A DNA stretch of 64,000 nucleotides from an uncultured Hormoscilla sp. Lineage in GTDB: Bacteria > Cyanobacteriota > Cyanobacteriia > Cyanobacteriales > Desertifilaceae. Shown in pieces: positions 34,075-50,185 of the stretch (positions are counted from its first letter, which is position 1; each line of letters opens with the position of its first letter). Below the pieces are notes generated by a model. That model searched no databases and was not told the origin of the DNA. It saw only the letters and a program-made list of their open reading frames with translations. The DNA lies in the NCBI GenBank assembly GCA_963921275.4, contig OZ001293.3, forward strand, positions 640,001 to 704,000. The letters are read 5' to 3'. The position numbers were made by a program, and so were the translations under genes.

Positions 34075-34416
34075 ATGCCTATTACTCCAGAAATACAAAC
34101 TCTCGTTAACAGACTGAACCAGGAACTAGACCGGACTGAGCAAACAGCGGGAGTGAATATAGTCAGAGAAATACTGTCACTTTTTCCAGATAATGCTATA
34201 ATGATTCAATACTTCGCCACTCTCAATAACTTCCTCTTCTTCGTAGAAGTTTCCAGAAGACGAATTCAGACTCTGGTTGAGACTATTTCACCAGTTTATG
34301 TGCCAGTTGATGTAATTCAGGAAGCTGGGGAAGATTTGGGAACGCAGCTGGGTCGGGTGCTAGAAGCTAAAATGGAAGTTGAACGGATGCTCAATCGCTT
34401 GGAGGAATTACGATGA
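34075..34416 (+). CDS. Conserved helical hypothetical protein
   Basis: Clean 113-aa ORF with ATGA overlap to the next, intron-split gene. Confidence 0.65.
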   Translation: MPITPEIQTLVNRLNQELDRTEQTAGVNIVREILSLFPDNAIMIQYFATLNNFLFFVEVSRRRIQTLVETISPVYVPVDVIQEAGEDLGTQLGRVLEAKMEVERMLNRLEELR

Positions 34417-35623
34417 AAGAACTACCGTGCGATTCGTTCAGGCGTAAGCCGAAAATGGTGAAAGTCTGACTGGTTTCATTCGCCAGAAACTCTGGTCATC
34501 ATGAGGGTTAAATTCCCCCTCCCCAAGTACGGGGGTAACACCGGTCCTAAGTGCTACGGAGTCACATCGCCGTGGTGCGAAGCAAGGACTAAAATGTAGG
34601 ATAGCTGGCAGCCTAAGCCAGTGACGCAGCATGGCTGCGCCACGCTGCGCGATAGGAAAGATGCTCATGGTTAGAATAAGCGAACCTATGTAAACCTCGT
34701 CAATACCAACCAGCGGAATAAGGCTTATACGCTGGCCCAAAAGGGAAATGGTAGTTAGTGCTGGTTGTATTTACTGGCTAGCATCGTGCTCGAAGAACTC
34801 CCGGGGGATAGTAGGAACCTAAAAGCATCGTGAAATGATACCAGGGAACGAAGTAACCTCTTGTGAGCTGTCCTCATTTGGACAAGTCAGATGTAAAGCG
34901 CAAGCCACGAGGGGAGGGATGTCCTAAGAAAGCCAAAGCCTGGGGTAATGCCTAGGATATGCAGACGTAGAACGGATATGGTAAGAAGTTCTAAAAGAAA
35001 GTAGCCCTTAAATGTACTAAACCAGGAGCAATCCTAGGGAGTAATGGTGGATTAACGGTTCATCGACTGACCATAAAAGGCAAAATTTCATGGGACGAGG
35101 GACAAAGGGGGTAACCCAGAGTAATCCTACTGATGACAACAGCTTACCAACCAGTAGCCGGGTGCGGTTCCAGTCGCAAGCCCGGTTCCGAAAGGGAGGG
35201 TTGAAAAGTGATTTTCAGCTCGACCCCAGCCAAAGAGCGGTTTTGTGGTTTACTGGTTCACCCCCGCAAACCTTCCAGAGTTAGGTAGTTAACGGCTCCA
35301 CGACTGACCATAAGGGGCAAAATTTCATAGGACGAGGGACAAAGGGGGGTAACCCAGAGTAATCCTACTAATGACAACAGCTCACCAACCAGTAGCCGGG
35401 TGCGGTTCCAGTCGCAAGCCCGGTTCCGAAAGGGAGGGTTGGGGAGTGATTCCTAGCTCGACCCCGGCCAGATGAAAAGACACTACTTGAAATCCTGGAA
35501 ATGGCTCTGGCAGCTGAACAAAAAGCTAGAGAAATGAGTGAGTTTGCAACTGTGATCGCGTCAAAATATCAAAAACGGATGTCGGAAATCAGACAAGCAA
35601 GGAAACAAGGCGTAACTGAGTAG
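34413..35623 (+). CDS. Intron-split 55-aa hypothetical protein (exons 34413-34426 and 35470-35623)
   Basis: Spliced ORF MKELP|DEKTLLEILEMALAAEQKAREMSEFATVIASKYQKRMSEIRQARKQGVTE*. Start overlaps the upstream stop. Confidence 0.75.
34427..35469 (+). mobile_element. ORF-less group II intron, family A copy 3, with two tandem D5/D6 modules
   Basis: Starts GTGCGATTCGTT. D5/D6 at ~35152-35231 and again at ~35390-35469. Confidence 0.92.
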
Positions 35624-35739
35624 ATAGGCCATAACAACAGATAACAGGCTGTACTACCTCCTGTCATCATCTTCTGCTTATTTACTCTTACCTAATGAAA
35701 CGATCTGCTAAAGGAACCATGTGAGGAGCAATAGCGTGA

Positions 35740-36108
35740 TTATACGTAAGAGCGAATATCTTCACCGCATTCATCGGCTAGAAAGCAGAGGGCGCGAAAC
35801 CGCAAACCGACCAATTGCTCGTAAAGAGGATTGAGCTTACACAGGGGTGGAATGTGGAATAAAGTACGTCCAAACAGTTTGATATCTCGTTCAAAGGGAC
35901 ATTGCGCTGGAATCAGTCTGGAGAGCAACCGCGCTGTGAAGACCTCATGAATTCGCCAACCATCCAGCCATGCCCGCGCAGGGCGAAGTAAATCGAAAGA
36001 GCGCGATCGCCCCTTAGCTGGGTTTATACATTCCCCAGGCTCATTTAGACTACTTTGATTGTCTTGTTCGATCCCAAACATAAGTTGAAAATTTGATGAG
36101 TTTGCCAT
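35740..36108 (-). CDS. Mo-dependent nitrogenase C-terminal-domain protein
   Basis: IPAQCPFERD..HIPPLCKLNPLYEQLVGLRFRAL. Confidence 0.88.
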   Translation of the reverse strand: MANSSNFQLMFGIEQDNQSSLNEPGECINPAKGRSRSFDLLRPARAWLDGWRIHEVFTARLLSRLIPAQCPFERDIKLFGRTLFHIPPLCKLNPLYEQLVGLRFRALCFLADECGEDIRSYV

Positions 36109-36810
36109 CTCTTTATTGTTTTGATTTTGACTCTGTATCCTTCTCTATATCAAGATTCAGAATCAAACCCATTGTTCCGGACAAAGACAAATGGACGACT
36201 CCTGGTCAAGTTTCAGTAAATTTCCAGAAGCTATGACCAGACAAAGAGCAGTCGATCGCCATCTGTCCTAGAACTTTCGGTGTCTCCTGGGAGCTCGATG
36301 TCCCCCCAGAGGGGGACGCTTGATGTCTCCCGAGAGCGCTGCACAAAAGGGGAGACATCATAACCGCACTACCCCCGAGACATCGTAGTCGCACAACGGG
36401 GACCAGACACCGAGTCGTACTTGTTCGAGTCACCAGGCATTAATTGCTTGAGGCTCTTTCCCTAGCTTCAAACTCTCAGGGGGTTATGAACCAGAAACTT
36501 TACACTTATTTATTAATTGCAACGGTTCATAACAGTTTGTAAAGATTTGGTAAATTAAATTAAATGTAACGTAGATCACAAGTTGACCCTGGGGCCGCTC
36601 CCAAGGCTCAAGGAGCGCCACATCCCGAAGAGAAAAATATGAGAACAAGATTAAATCTAGTAAAGCTGGAGAGAACCGGTGAATCAGAATTGGTCAGAGT
36701 TTCACCAGTCTTATCAGAGTTGCCTCTGTTAAACCGGTGTGCCGTAGCCTCTGCTACGCTTTAGGGATAATGCCATCAGAGGTCCAATCAACTGCCAGAG
36801 AGATATAGCC

Positions 36811-37431
36811 ATGAGCATCGTTACCCTGCGATCGGTCAAAAAGGACTTTGGGATTAAGGAAATTCTCAAAGATGCCAGCTTCAGTCTGGATGCTACGGAT
36901 AAGGTGGGTTTAATTGGCACCAACGGTTCGGGTAAGTCAACGCTGTTAAAGATGATTGCCGGTATAGAGCCCATAGATGGGGGCCAACTGTCGGTTAACT
37001 CGGGGGTGCGGATGGTCTATTTGCCCCAGCAACCGGACTTGGACGAGCAGCGGACAGTGCTGGAGCAAGTTTTTGCTGACAGTGGCGAACAGATGACTCT
37101 GGTGCGGGAGTATGAGGAACTTTCTCACAAACTCGCCCGCAGTGCGGAGAAAAAGACTGCCAAAGAGAGAAAGCCTGCAAATAATAGCAAACCCCGCCGA
37201 CTTTCTAACTGGGAAAGGCAGGAGTTCGAGCAACTTGAAGAAAAAATTGCTAAGCTGGAAGCGGAGAAAGCCGAGGTGGAAAAAATACTGTATAAGGCTC
37301 CTGCTGGCAAGGTTACCCAGGTGCAAGAACTCTACCAACAGTTGTCCCAGTTGACTGGGGCGATCGATACTGCAACTGAGCGCTGGATGGAACTAGCAGA
37401 AAGAGACGCAGCACCCTCACCCACACCCTAA
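36811..37431 (+). pseudogene. ABC-F (Uup-like) protein with a large in-frame internal deletion
   Basis: Walker A GTNGSGKST and Q-loop joined directly to the C-terminal coiled coil (RRLSNWE..ERWMEL). No signature motif, Walker B or second ABC domain. Confidence 0.8.
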
Positions 37432-37734
37432 CACCCACAGCCTAACACCCACCCTAACACCCACACCCTTTAGGATTCTGTTGGCGAATTACCATTCTGG
37501 AGCGATCTGCGAGAGCACCCGAGCAGGGAGCACCCGAGCAGGGAGAGGCGAGAAAATCATTGATTTCTAATGGTTGGGGGTCGCTGGGGGCGAGGCCCCC
37601 CAGTTGATTCGCCAACAGCAACCTTTAGGGTGTGGCTACAAGAACGAAGCCCGCCTGGGCGGGGAGGGCGGGCGCTCGGCCTTGAATTAAGAAACCAGGT
37701 TTTTCCAAAAAACCTGGTTTCTGGGCTACTGGCA

Positions 37735-38318
37735 CTAATTTGTCCCAGGAGCTAAATTGTTTTCATTCGCATTGCTCAAGAGAAACAAAATATATTGGTT
37801 AAGATTAACTCCTTCCCTAGAGGATGTTTCTGCCAAACGACGATGTAGATATTTAGGCATCCGCAATAGCAACTTACCGCTATAATCAGTCTCTGTGGTA
37901 GGTATAGGAATATATCTACCACTATCATAAACAGTCTCAACGCACAGTTGGCGAGCTCCAGCAATCTTATTCATTGTCTCTTCTAAAGTATCGCCTTTCC
38001 TCAGACATCCAGGCGGTGTCTCCTCTTTTGTGCTCCTACGATGTCTCCGCCGTGTCTCCCCTTTTGTGCTCCTACGATGTCCCCGCTTTTGTGCGGCTAG
38101 TGCTCCCCGAGGACATCGATCTCCCAGGAGACACGGCCCGGATAGTGCGGTTAGCGCTCCCGGGGGACATCGAGCGACCAGGAGACACCGCACAAGTCTT
38201 TAATCTCAGCAACATCCCCACCCTCTTCCCGATCGGGATAAACAGTAATCGGATAGTTTAACTTAAGGTAATAATCCAATGGTTTACCTTCAAGGTTAAC
38301 TTTATTGTTCATCATCAT
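37735..38318 (-). pseudogene. HicB-family antitoxin interrupted by a 179-bp stack of mini-elements
   Basis: YYLKLNYPITVYP..AEIKDL|PGC..GDTLEE..YSGKLLLRMPKYLHRRL. Insert at 38014-38192. Confidence 0.8.
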
Positions 38319-38469
38319 TTTCTATCTCCTTGCCATGACTCTAAATTTAACAACTCAACCACTCTCTTGATGCCAACTCTCTTGGTAAAAAGTCAGAGGA
38401 TATTGACAATGGGGGCGGGTGTGGTCTTGCACCAGTTGGTAACAGATCCCTCCAGCCCCCCTTAAAAAG

Positions 38470-40434
38470 CTATGTCTTACTCACATATTTCTTAACATTT
38501 GTCGGGGAGTGGGGGAGTGGGAGAGCGCATGCTGTGACAAACATATTTCTTAACAATTGTAGAAGCACTCAATCGGTGTTCCACTTCTGGTGAGCGCTAA
38601 ACCCTGGAAACAGCCATTATATTAGTTCCGCTAAGCCTGCGGCTTAATTTCATATCTATTTTATGGGAGCAAAACGATAAAATATGCGAGGGAATATCTG
38701 GGAATTTCAGCTATGCTAAATAATCCCAACGATGTCCGGAATGCTTGAGACTTGAAATCGAGAATGACACCGAGAGCCAACCATTGGCTATGTCATGCAA
38801 CCTTCGTAACCCTTGCCAAATAGTTTTCACTCCTGGTTCACCATCCCGTTTCCGTCCCAAAAAACCACCCAACTTAGCAATCAAACTCATACAAGTATTT
38901 ATTGTTGGTGGAGTTGATGGCGTATCGAAGTTTTATTTATTGTGCAGTAAAGAGCTTGCCACTCATGGGTTTCTAAAATCGGATCTGCTGAGGCCTCTGG
39001 GTTGTAACGAGCTTCATAGGTAAGCCACAATAATCGCCATGCCACGATCGTATAAGTGGCTAAAGCTCTTTCAATACGAGCGGCTGTTTCTAGTTGTAGT
39101 TGTTCTTTTCGACAACCACTTTTTAGTACATAATGGTAACGCTTAATTAACCAACGATAGCTATACCAACGCCGGCATGGCACCACCTCGTCAAAACCAG
39201 TAATTGTCAGGGTCGTTAACAACAACCAGCTAACTGGTTCAACTCCAACTGGTGGATCTTTTTCGGATGCTAGAATTACTTGTATTTTAATTAGCTTTAA
39301 TGATTTATAGTTAATATGTCCTTTTGGTGGTTGAATCTCTACATAAGTAGTGCGCAGAGTCAGGGTTGCTGTGTTCGGGAGTTTTTTGTAGTTCTATTAC
39401 TGCTTCTCCAATGGGAGCCACTTTGCCAATAGCTGATTGCAATTTCTCTACTGAGTCAACTGATTTAAAAGAACGGTTCTGATAAGCGCGAATTAAAAGC
39501 ATAGCTGACCCCACGCTGCGCGATCGGAATTAGCTCGCCTCGGCTGGGCTAAAAACTCATAAATATCTGCCTCGCGGTCCGCTACTGTAACTACAGTAAC
39601 ATCTGATGGAATAACTCTTTCCGTTGCCGATAGCGAGTCCAGCCACCGCGCCGTGTCTCCTGGGTAGTGCGACTAGCGCTCCCAGGAGACACGGCTGGCT
39701 TTCTTTATCTTTGGTTTCCCTTTTATGTCGAGAATGCTTTTTACCAATATTATAAATATCCCGTGCCCACACCTGCTGATTTAAAACTCCCAACAGTACC
39801 TGTCGCGCTAGTACAAAAAACAGAGTGAACTTTTAGTCCTCCGCTGGTTCTACTATCCAAATACCCCATTCCTTTTTTACTGGCATGATGGGTAAAATTT
39901 AGTTCAGTGGTGTCCTGAATTGCTAAAATCGTTTCATGTTGTTTTACTCGTTCAATCGTGCTTTGTTGGTGGCAATCGCGAATGGCTTCGGCTTGAATCT
40001 GTGGATTTGCTCAAAAGTCATAAGCTGCTTGGGTCCCTGCCCAATCTCCACAAGCTTGTGGTACCGTAGCATTGGGTTGTTCTGCTAAATATGATACAAT
40101 TTTCACCAGTATGAATGTTACGACGGAGATCGCCCAAATCAGCATATTTTAGTTCTTCTGCGGCCCAAGATTTCATGGTTTTCTGTCAATGGATAATTTT
40201 TGCTCTTCGTGTTCTATACAATATTAGCAACGCCAGAAGCTTGACTTGTTTTATTTAATCATTATTTTACTTTTTGGCACTGGCGAACGTCCCGACGCCG
40301 CAGCGCATAGCACATTTCGTATCGGACTATATATATTAATTTTTTTGAAGGATATTGTTAACTTTTTTGAATGTACTCAAATCAAGACGGTGTAAGGATT
40401 TCAGATTGTTAAGAAATATGTGAGTAAAGCATAG
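38470..40434 (-). mobile_element. IS4-family (IS50/Tn5-like) element, degenerate
   Basis: TIRs CTATG(TC/CT)TTACTCACATATTTCTTAACA and 10-bp TSD CCTTAAAAAG. Fragments AIQDTTELNF, KESQ|RWL and WYSYRWLIKRYHYVLKSGC. Confidence 0.9.
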
Positions 40435-40581
40435 CCTTAAAAAGGGGGCTGGGGGGGATCTCCCGAGTGTGTGCAACTACTTTTGACCGCACCCAATAGG
40501 GGCGATGGTGATTACAATAGAGGATAAGAGTAAAACGGGCGATGGCCCGAAGGTTGGTAGTATAGATGCAAAAGAAAAGAG

Positions 40582-40821
40582 ATGAAACAGACCATTAACG
40601 CGATCTATGAAAAGGGTGTTTTCCTGGAAAATTTGGCAATATCGGAGGGAAAGCAAGTGCGACTGACAATGGAAACAAGCTCAGATACAACAGATTTGCT
40701 AGAATTAGCCGCTCAGGTTTATCAAGGTCTATCTGAAGAAGAAATAGATGAGATTGAACAAATAGCTCTCAATCGCAGTGATGGGGAGAAAAAACTGAGT
40801 AATTATTGTACTACATATTGA
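40582..40821 (+). CDS. DUF104/AF2212-like antitoxin
   Basis: INAIYEKGVF..EGKQVRL motif. Confidence 0.7.
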   Translation: MKQTINAIYEKGVFLENLAISEGKQVRLTMETSSDTTDLLELAAQVYQGLSEEEIDEIEQIALNRSDGEKKLSNYCTTY

Positions 40822-41118
40822 ATTATATGCAGAGATAAGAGCGGCGATCAAAGGGGTATTCCAGAAATTATGTCATAATAAAATTATGGCGTTGAGCGGC
40901 TATTGAGTCGATTACTGTAGAGATGCAAGCGTTCAGCACCCCTACATTTCTGGTGGGGATTGTTATGGCTACTGGCGGTGTGGTTGGGTTTTGAGGCCTC
41001 AAACTAACCTACAGTTGCTGACACTTCGCCCCTACAGATTACAAGAGGCGATCGCATTCACCTGTGCCCGTGCTATGATACAATAGATGAGTGATAAGAG
41101 ATTCAAAAGTGGTAGGTT

Positions 41119-41414
41119 ATGCAGCAACTATCTGAAGCCAAGCAGGAAATTATCACCCGCATATCCCCGATTGTCGCCAAACTGATTCAAAGTAATAGTC
41201 TATTTGAAGAACTAGAGCAAGATAAAATGATCGAAATCATCTCCGAGGCGTTAGAGAAGCATTTTTCACTAGCATAAATCAGAGCCATGCCTGATGACGA
41301 CCTGACAGATAGAATTGATGGTGTGCTGGGGATACAAGTGTTGTATTATCTGTTAAGTGATTTCACCCCAGAGCAAATGGCAGAGTTCGAAGCCGCAATA
41401 CCGAAGCGGAAGTA
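41119..41414 (+). pseudogene. Antitoxin-like gene with an internal stop
   Basis: MQQLSEAKQE...FSLA*IRAMPDDDL...LSDFTPEQMAEFEAA, directly upstream of VapC. Confidence 0.6.
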
Positions 41415-41419
41415 GTCAA

Positions 41420-41836
41420 ATGAGTTATCTTCTCGATACTAATATAGCCACCGCGATGTTAAAACAAGATGAAAGGTTAAACAGCAAATTAATACAGGTG
41501 CGGATTCGGAAACAACAACTGTATATTAGCTGTATGACATACTATGAGGTAAAAGGAGAACTGTTGGCTGTAAATGCGACAAGGAAGCTGTCTATATTTG
41601 AGCAGTTGTGTATTGACATATTTCAAATTTTGTTTTTGTCAAATCTAGAAATCATCAATAGAGCATCAGAGATATATGCCGAGTTAAGGCGCAGGGGGAC
41701 GCCTATCCAAACTGCTGATATATTGATAGCGGCTACCGCAGCAGCAGCAGGATTAATTCTGGTATCTCATGATTCTGATATGCTAAGGGTTTCAGCCGCG
41801 ACAGTAGAGGACTGGCTACAAATAGAAGGAAGATGA
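41420..41836 (+). CDS. vapC: VapC-family PIN toxin
   Basis: MSYLLDTN, YYE, DILIAATA and LVSHD motifs. Confidence 0.85.
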   Translation: MSYLLDTNIATAMLKQDERLNSKLIQVRIRKQQLYISCMTYYEVKGELLAVNATRKLSIFEQLCIDIFQILFLSNLEIINRASEIYAELRRRGTPIQTADILIAATAAAAGLILVSHDSDMLRVSAATVEDWLQIEGR

Positions 41837-42279
41837 AAGAAGCATCAATGGTAGAAATGCAGGCAGTTGCTTCAGAAATTACCACTCAGCTTCCCGATAT
41901 CAAACTGTTGGTTTTGTTTGGTTCGAGAGCTACAGGTAAAGTCCATCCAGGAAGTGACTGGGATTTTGCGGTTCTCTACGACCAAGAATTGCTTCGTGCT
42001 AGAATGAAAAATTATTGGTATTGGTTGGAGATCGATCGCCTCCTGACTCAGATGTTACCATCAATTCCCATGGCAAAGATTGATGTAGCTGAACTGAATC
42101 ACTGTTCTCCGCTACTTGGCTATCAAGTGGCGCGTAATGGTAAGCTGCTGTACGAAAAGCATCCAGGAGAGTTTATTAAGTTTCAATGCTTGGCTGCGAA
42201 AATTTATGCAGATACAGCTAAATTCCGCCAAGCTCAATGGGAAGCTCTTAAATTAGCTTTGCGGAGGTGGGGAGTATGA
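41833..42279 (+). CDS. Minimal nucleotidyltransferase (MNT) antitoxin
   Basis: LFGSRATG...SDWD motif. Confidence 0.88.
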   Translation: MKEASMVEMQAVASEITTQLPDIKLLVLFGSRATGKVHPGSDWDFAVLYDQELLRARMKNYWYWLEIDRLLTQMLPSIPMAKIDVAELNHCSPLLGYQVARNGKLLYEKHPGEFIKFQCLAAKIYADTAKFRQAQWEALKLALRRWGV

Positions 42280-42601
42280 GTCCTATTGAACGACATACGA
42301 TCGCGACTAGACTGGAGTTGATTCGGAAATATCTTAACGGTCTCCAGCAGTTTGAATCAGTTAGTCTGGATGAATATAGGCAGTATTTTGACAAGCAACT
42401 GATTGCCGAGCGACTATTACAGTTAATCCTTGAAGCAGCAACAGATATTAATAATTATTTGTTGGTGCGATCGCAGCAAGGGACTTCGGAAAATTACTTT
42501 GATTCTTTTATCGCAGCGGGAAGACAGGGCATAATCACCCCATAGTTGGCAGCACAGATCGCCCCATCAGCAGGACTCCGCAACAGATTAGTACATCAAT
42601 A

Positions 42602-44596
<1,995 letters not shown>

Positions 44597-44758
44597 TACG
44601 AGGATATTGATTCTTGACAAGTTTTTGTGGCGATCGAGTTAGCTTTGCAGCAATATTCCCTCTATGTCAGGCAAATTACTATTTATCTATAATCATTAGA
44701 ATCAGGTGCAGGTGAGGATCTGTAACTAGGCGGCGAACGGGCGATCGCCTCTGCAACC

Positions 44759-45085
44759 TTAAACACCAACCTCAACAGTTGGCAGACATAAATTCACCTG
44801 AGATTTCCAATCGGCAATCCACTCCTGGGGAAACTCTGCTGTAGCTGTTTTATCCTTTTGGTAGTAAACATCAGCAAGCAGACACTCCCACTGTGCCATC
44901 ACATCAGCAAGAATATCCCTGAGAAACTCCGCTTCAAGTGTATCATCATCTTTCCTTTCTCCTTCCATCAGTAACCAGTATTGTTCTTCAGCCCAGGTTG
45001 CCAAAGATTCACTCCCTAGGCTGTGGCTTTTGACTCGATCTAACATTGTCTGCAAATTTTTAACGATGCTTAGAGACTCTACCAT
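44759..45085 (-). CDS. Small acidic protein, putative immunity protein
   Basis: Overlaps the stop of the upstream basic ORF; acidic and predicted helical. Confidence 0.55.
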   Translation of the reverse strand: MVESLSIVKNLQTMLDRVKSHSLGSESLATWAEEQYWLLMEGERKDDDTLEAEFLRDILADVMAQWECLLADVYYQKDKTATAEFPQEWIADWKSQVNLCLPTVEVGV

Positions 45086-45393
45086 CTTTTAATTTCCTTA
45101 CCAGTCATGGGGTCAATTTCAATATGTCCGAGGTCTTGAGGTCTTTTGGGATGTACTCGAATCACTCTACCTTGACTATCATAGCTTTCATGCCAAGTGC
45201 GAATGAGTTTACCATCGGCAGCCTCTACTTCAACAACTGGTCCCGCTCCCGCTGTTCTTCCAGGCTTTTTCGCGGGTCGATAGCTGTCATAGTAACGGAT
45301 GCGACCGTTTTGCAGGACTTTGAAGAAGTCATATTTTGCAGCTCTCCGGGCATGGCCGGGGACTGATGATAAATCTATGTTACTTTGACTCAC
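45079..45393 (-). CDS. Stand-alone polymorphic-toxin-like domain
   Basis: Basic 104-aa ORF with GRIRYY..PG.T.G..RTWHESYD..G.V.RVHPK, resembling C-terminal tips of RHS/CdiA proteins (recall, not searched). Confidence 0.55.
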   Translation of the reverse strand: MSQSNIDLSSVPGHARRAAKYDFFKVLQNGRIRYYDSYRPAKKPGRTAGAGPVVEVEAADGKLIRTWHESYDSQGRVIRVHPKRPQDLGHIEIDPMTGKEIKRW

Positions 45394-45418
45394 ATATCTG
45401 ACTAGATCGCCATCTCTA

Positions 45419-45665
45419 TTAAATTATGACATGTTCCTTTAGAATTAGATAGACTGCGTCGGAAATTGAAGCCACCCAAGAGTTAGTTAAACGCGACTCT
45501 ACTTGGTTTTTTATCAAATGAATCAACATCCTGACCAGAAATGATTCGATATTTCGCAAAATTGCTTGTTTACTCATTCCCTCTAGCTCATCTACGATCG
45601 CCAAAGCGTCTTGATAGCGTTCCTCCAGGATGCTATTTCTTAGATCGATGAGTTCCTGCGTCATA
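45419..45665 (-). pseudogene. DUF29-family protein, truncated
   Basis: MTQELIDLRNSILEERY..ELEGMSK..LIHLIK..RLTNSW; ends early. Confidence 0.7.
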
Positions 45666-46153
45666 AATCTTGCCGGGTGCATCCCGTTTTTGCTCTACCA
45701 CGCCCTGGGAATGAGGGCACGAGGGTCTGTATCCCAAGACAAATGGAGCACATTAGAGGCAGAGCCTCTAGAATCTCATTCCCAGTCTCAGACTGGGAAC
45801 GAGGGTCCGTGTCCCCAGACAAATATCTCGTTCCCAGTCTCTGGCTGTGTCCCCCGATCGCTCGATGTCTCTCGGGAGCGCTAGTCGCACAAAAGAGGAG
45901 ACATCGTACTCGCACAAAAGGGGGGACATAGGGCAGGGAACGGTCTCCAGAGGCTCTGCCTCCTGTCAAGGCGCGAGATAACTTAGATATCTCGTATCTC
46001 GTTCCCAGTCTCTGGCTGTATCCCCCGGTCGCTAGTCGCACAAAAGAGGAGACATCGTACTCGCACAAAAGGGGGGACACAGGGCAAGGAATGGTCCCCA
46101 GAGGCTCTGCCTCCTGTTAAGACGCTAATCAAAAATCATAAATGTTATCGCAT

Positions 46154-46667
46154 TTATGAAGCTTCCAAAGCCTTCTTTCCTTTTTCCTCTTGCCATTCTT
46201 TAGCAATCTGTGCCACTTCCTCGATTTCCTCAAAATCAACCCGCATTACAGCCTTTTCAACTTCCACACTCGAAGCCGTGCTGACTTCAAGAATTTCTAC
46301 AAAACTGGCACATTGATAATCTGTATCTTCATACTCCTTAACCCGCTGTGACTCAATTACTAGTCTCTCGGATAATTCTTGCTGGCTAATTTTGGCCGCC
46401 TTTAATTAAAACCCATGGCAGGTGAGTTAGACTGTCAACTTCGATTTGTAAATCCTGCTTTTGGTCACAATCTCTTAGTCTTTCATATTCGGCAATTTCA
46501 TATTTGAACTCGTCAACTTGACGCTGATACGAGTTTCGATACATTTGCCAGCGCGTTGGGTCATTAGCTTTCAACACTTCATCGCTATCCAATTTAGCTA
46601 CTGTCTGTTCAAACCGCTGCAACCAATCTAATGTGTTCTGATATTCTTGCTCATTTTTGATCGTCAT
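46154..46667 (-). pseudogene. XRE/HTH antitoxin-like gene, frameshifted
   Basis: MTIKNEQEY..LPWVLIK, then in another frame ISQQELSERL..YEDTDYQCASF. Lies directly downstream of the DUF6932-like gene. Confidence 0.75.
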
Positions 46668-46819
46668 AATTACCGCCTCTGTAAATCTATAGCAATGATT
46701 CCTTTGCGTGTATTGGTCCTACTATCGATTAAACTAAGCCAGGGAGTCACCTCCCCGAGGAGTCTTCAAAACCGGACGATCTGCTTTTCACCTCATCCTG
46801 CTCCTCAGTAATGCCACCC

Positions 46820-49305
<2,486 letters not shown>

Positions 49306-50185
49306 GACTTTACTCTTGACATTACCGTGAGGGCGTCAGCGTATCCTACCCATTACAGATAGGCGTTTGCTTCTCCACGAAATCTCTCCCAGGTATGACC
49401 TGCCCTAATGGAAGGCAGCTATTGCGTCTTTGGTGACTACTCTATCCATCGACCGGTGATAGAGAGTCCATACCTGGTTTACTTCGTTCCTATAGATGAT
49501 TGGTCGTAGTTTTAGGTGGATTCCACCACGCCAGTTTTTTTGTCGGTGCTTGTTGGTCGGTCAACTACCCGCCAACGACCAGTATCCTATCCCTTTTGGG
49601 CCAGTGTGTCAGCCTTATTTCACTGGTTACTGTTGACGACGCTTCAAATCTTCACTTTATGTTCACCATCACTACTTGCTTGGCGATAACCGGTTTGGGC
49701 TACCAGTCATTGCGCCTTTTACTCCCGCTTTACGGATTGATGCCATCTCTACCGTAGGGAGAATGCTGTCACTCCTGCACCTGGAGGGGTGGGCTTTCAC
49801 CACCATCATCTATAAGTTGTCTAGGCTAATGGAACCTAGCTAGTGGTCCCCCATCGGTTATTCACCGGTGGTTTACACTAAACGAATCGCACAATTGAAA
49901 AAAGTCTATGTAAGGATTACCAGCTTCATCAGCAGGGTAAGATGCTGGGAAAATATCACCCCCATATATATTTCTTTGATCGTTACGACCTATTGCCAAA
50001 TTATATAAAACAGTATCGACGGACTTCACATATTCTAAAGGAACCCCATCGTCTTCCCAACAAGCATCGTAGTCTTCTGGTTTTACTTTACTGGTGACAA
50101 AACTGCCATCAATATAAATAATTCTACAGCCTGCCGCTTTTAACTTCGTCATTGCCCGTGACAAGCTTTTTATCAGGCGCTGTCT

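Noticed and set aside
35740..36108. Nitrogen-fixation gene
   Set aside because: The family name is historical. This small domain is common in cyanobacteria and no nif genes are present.
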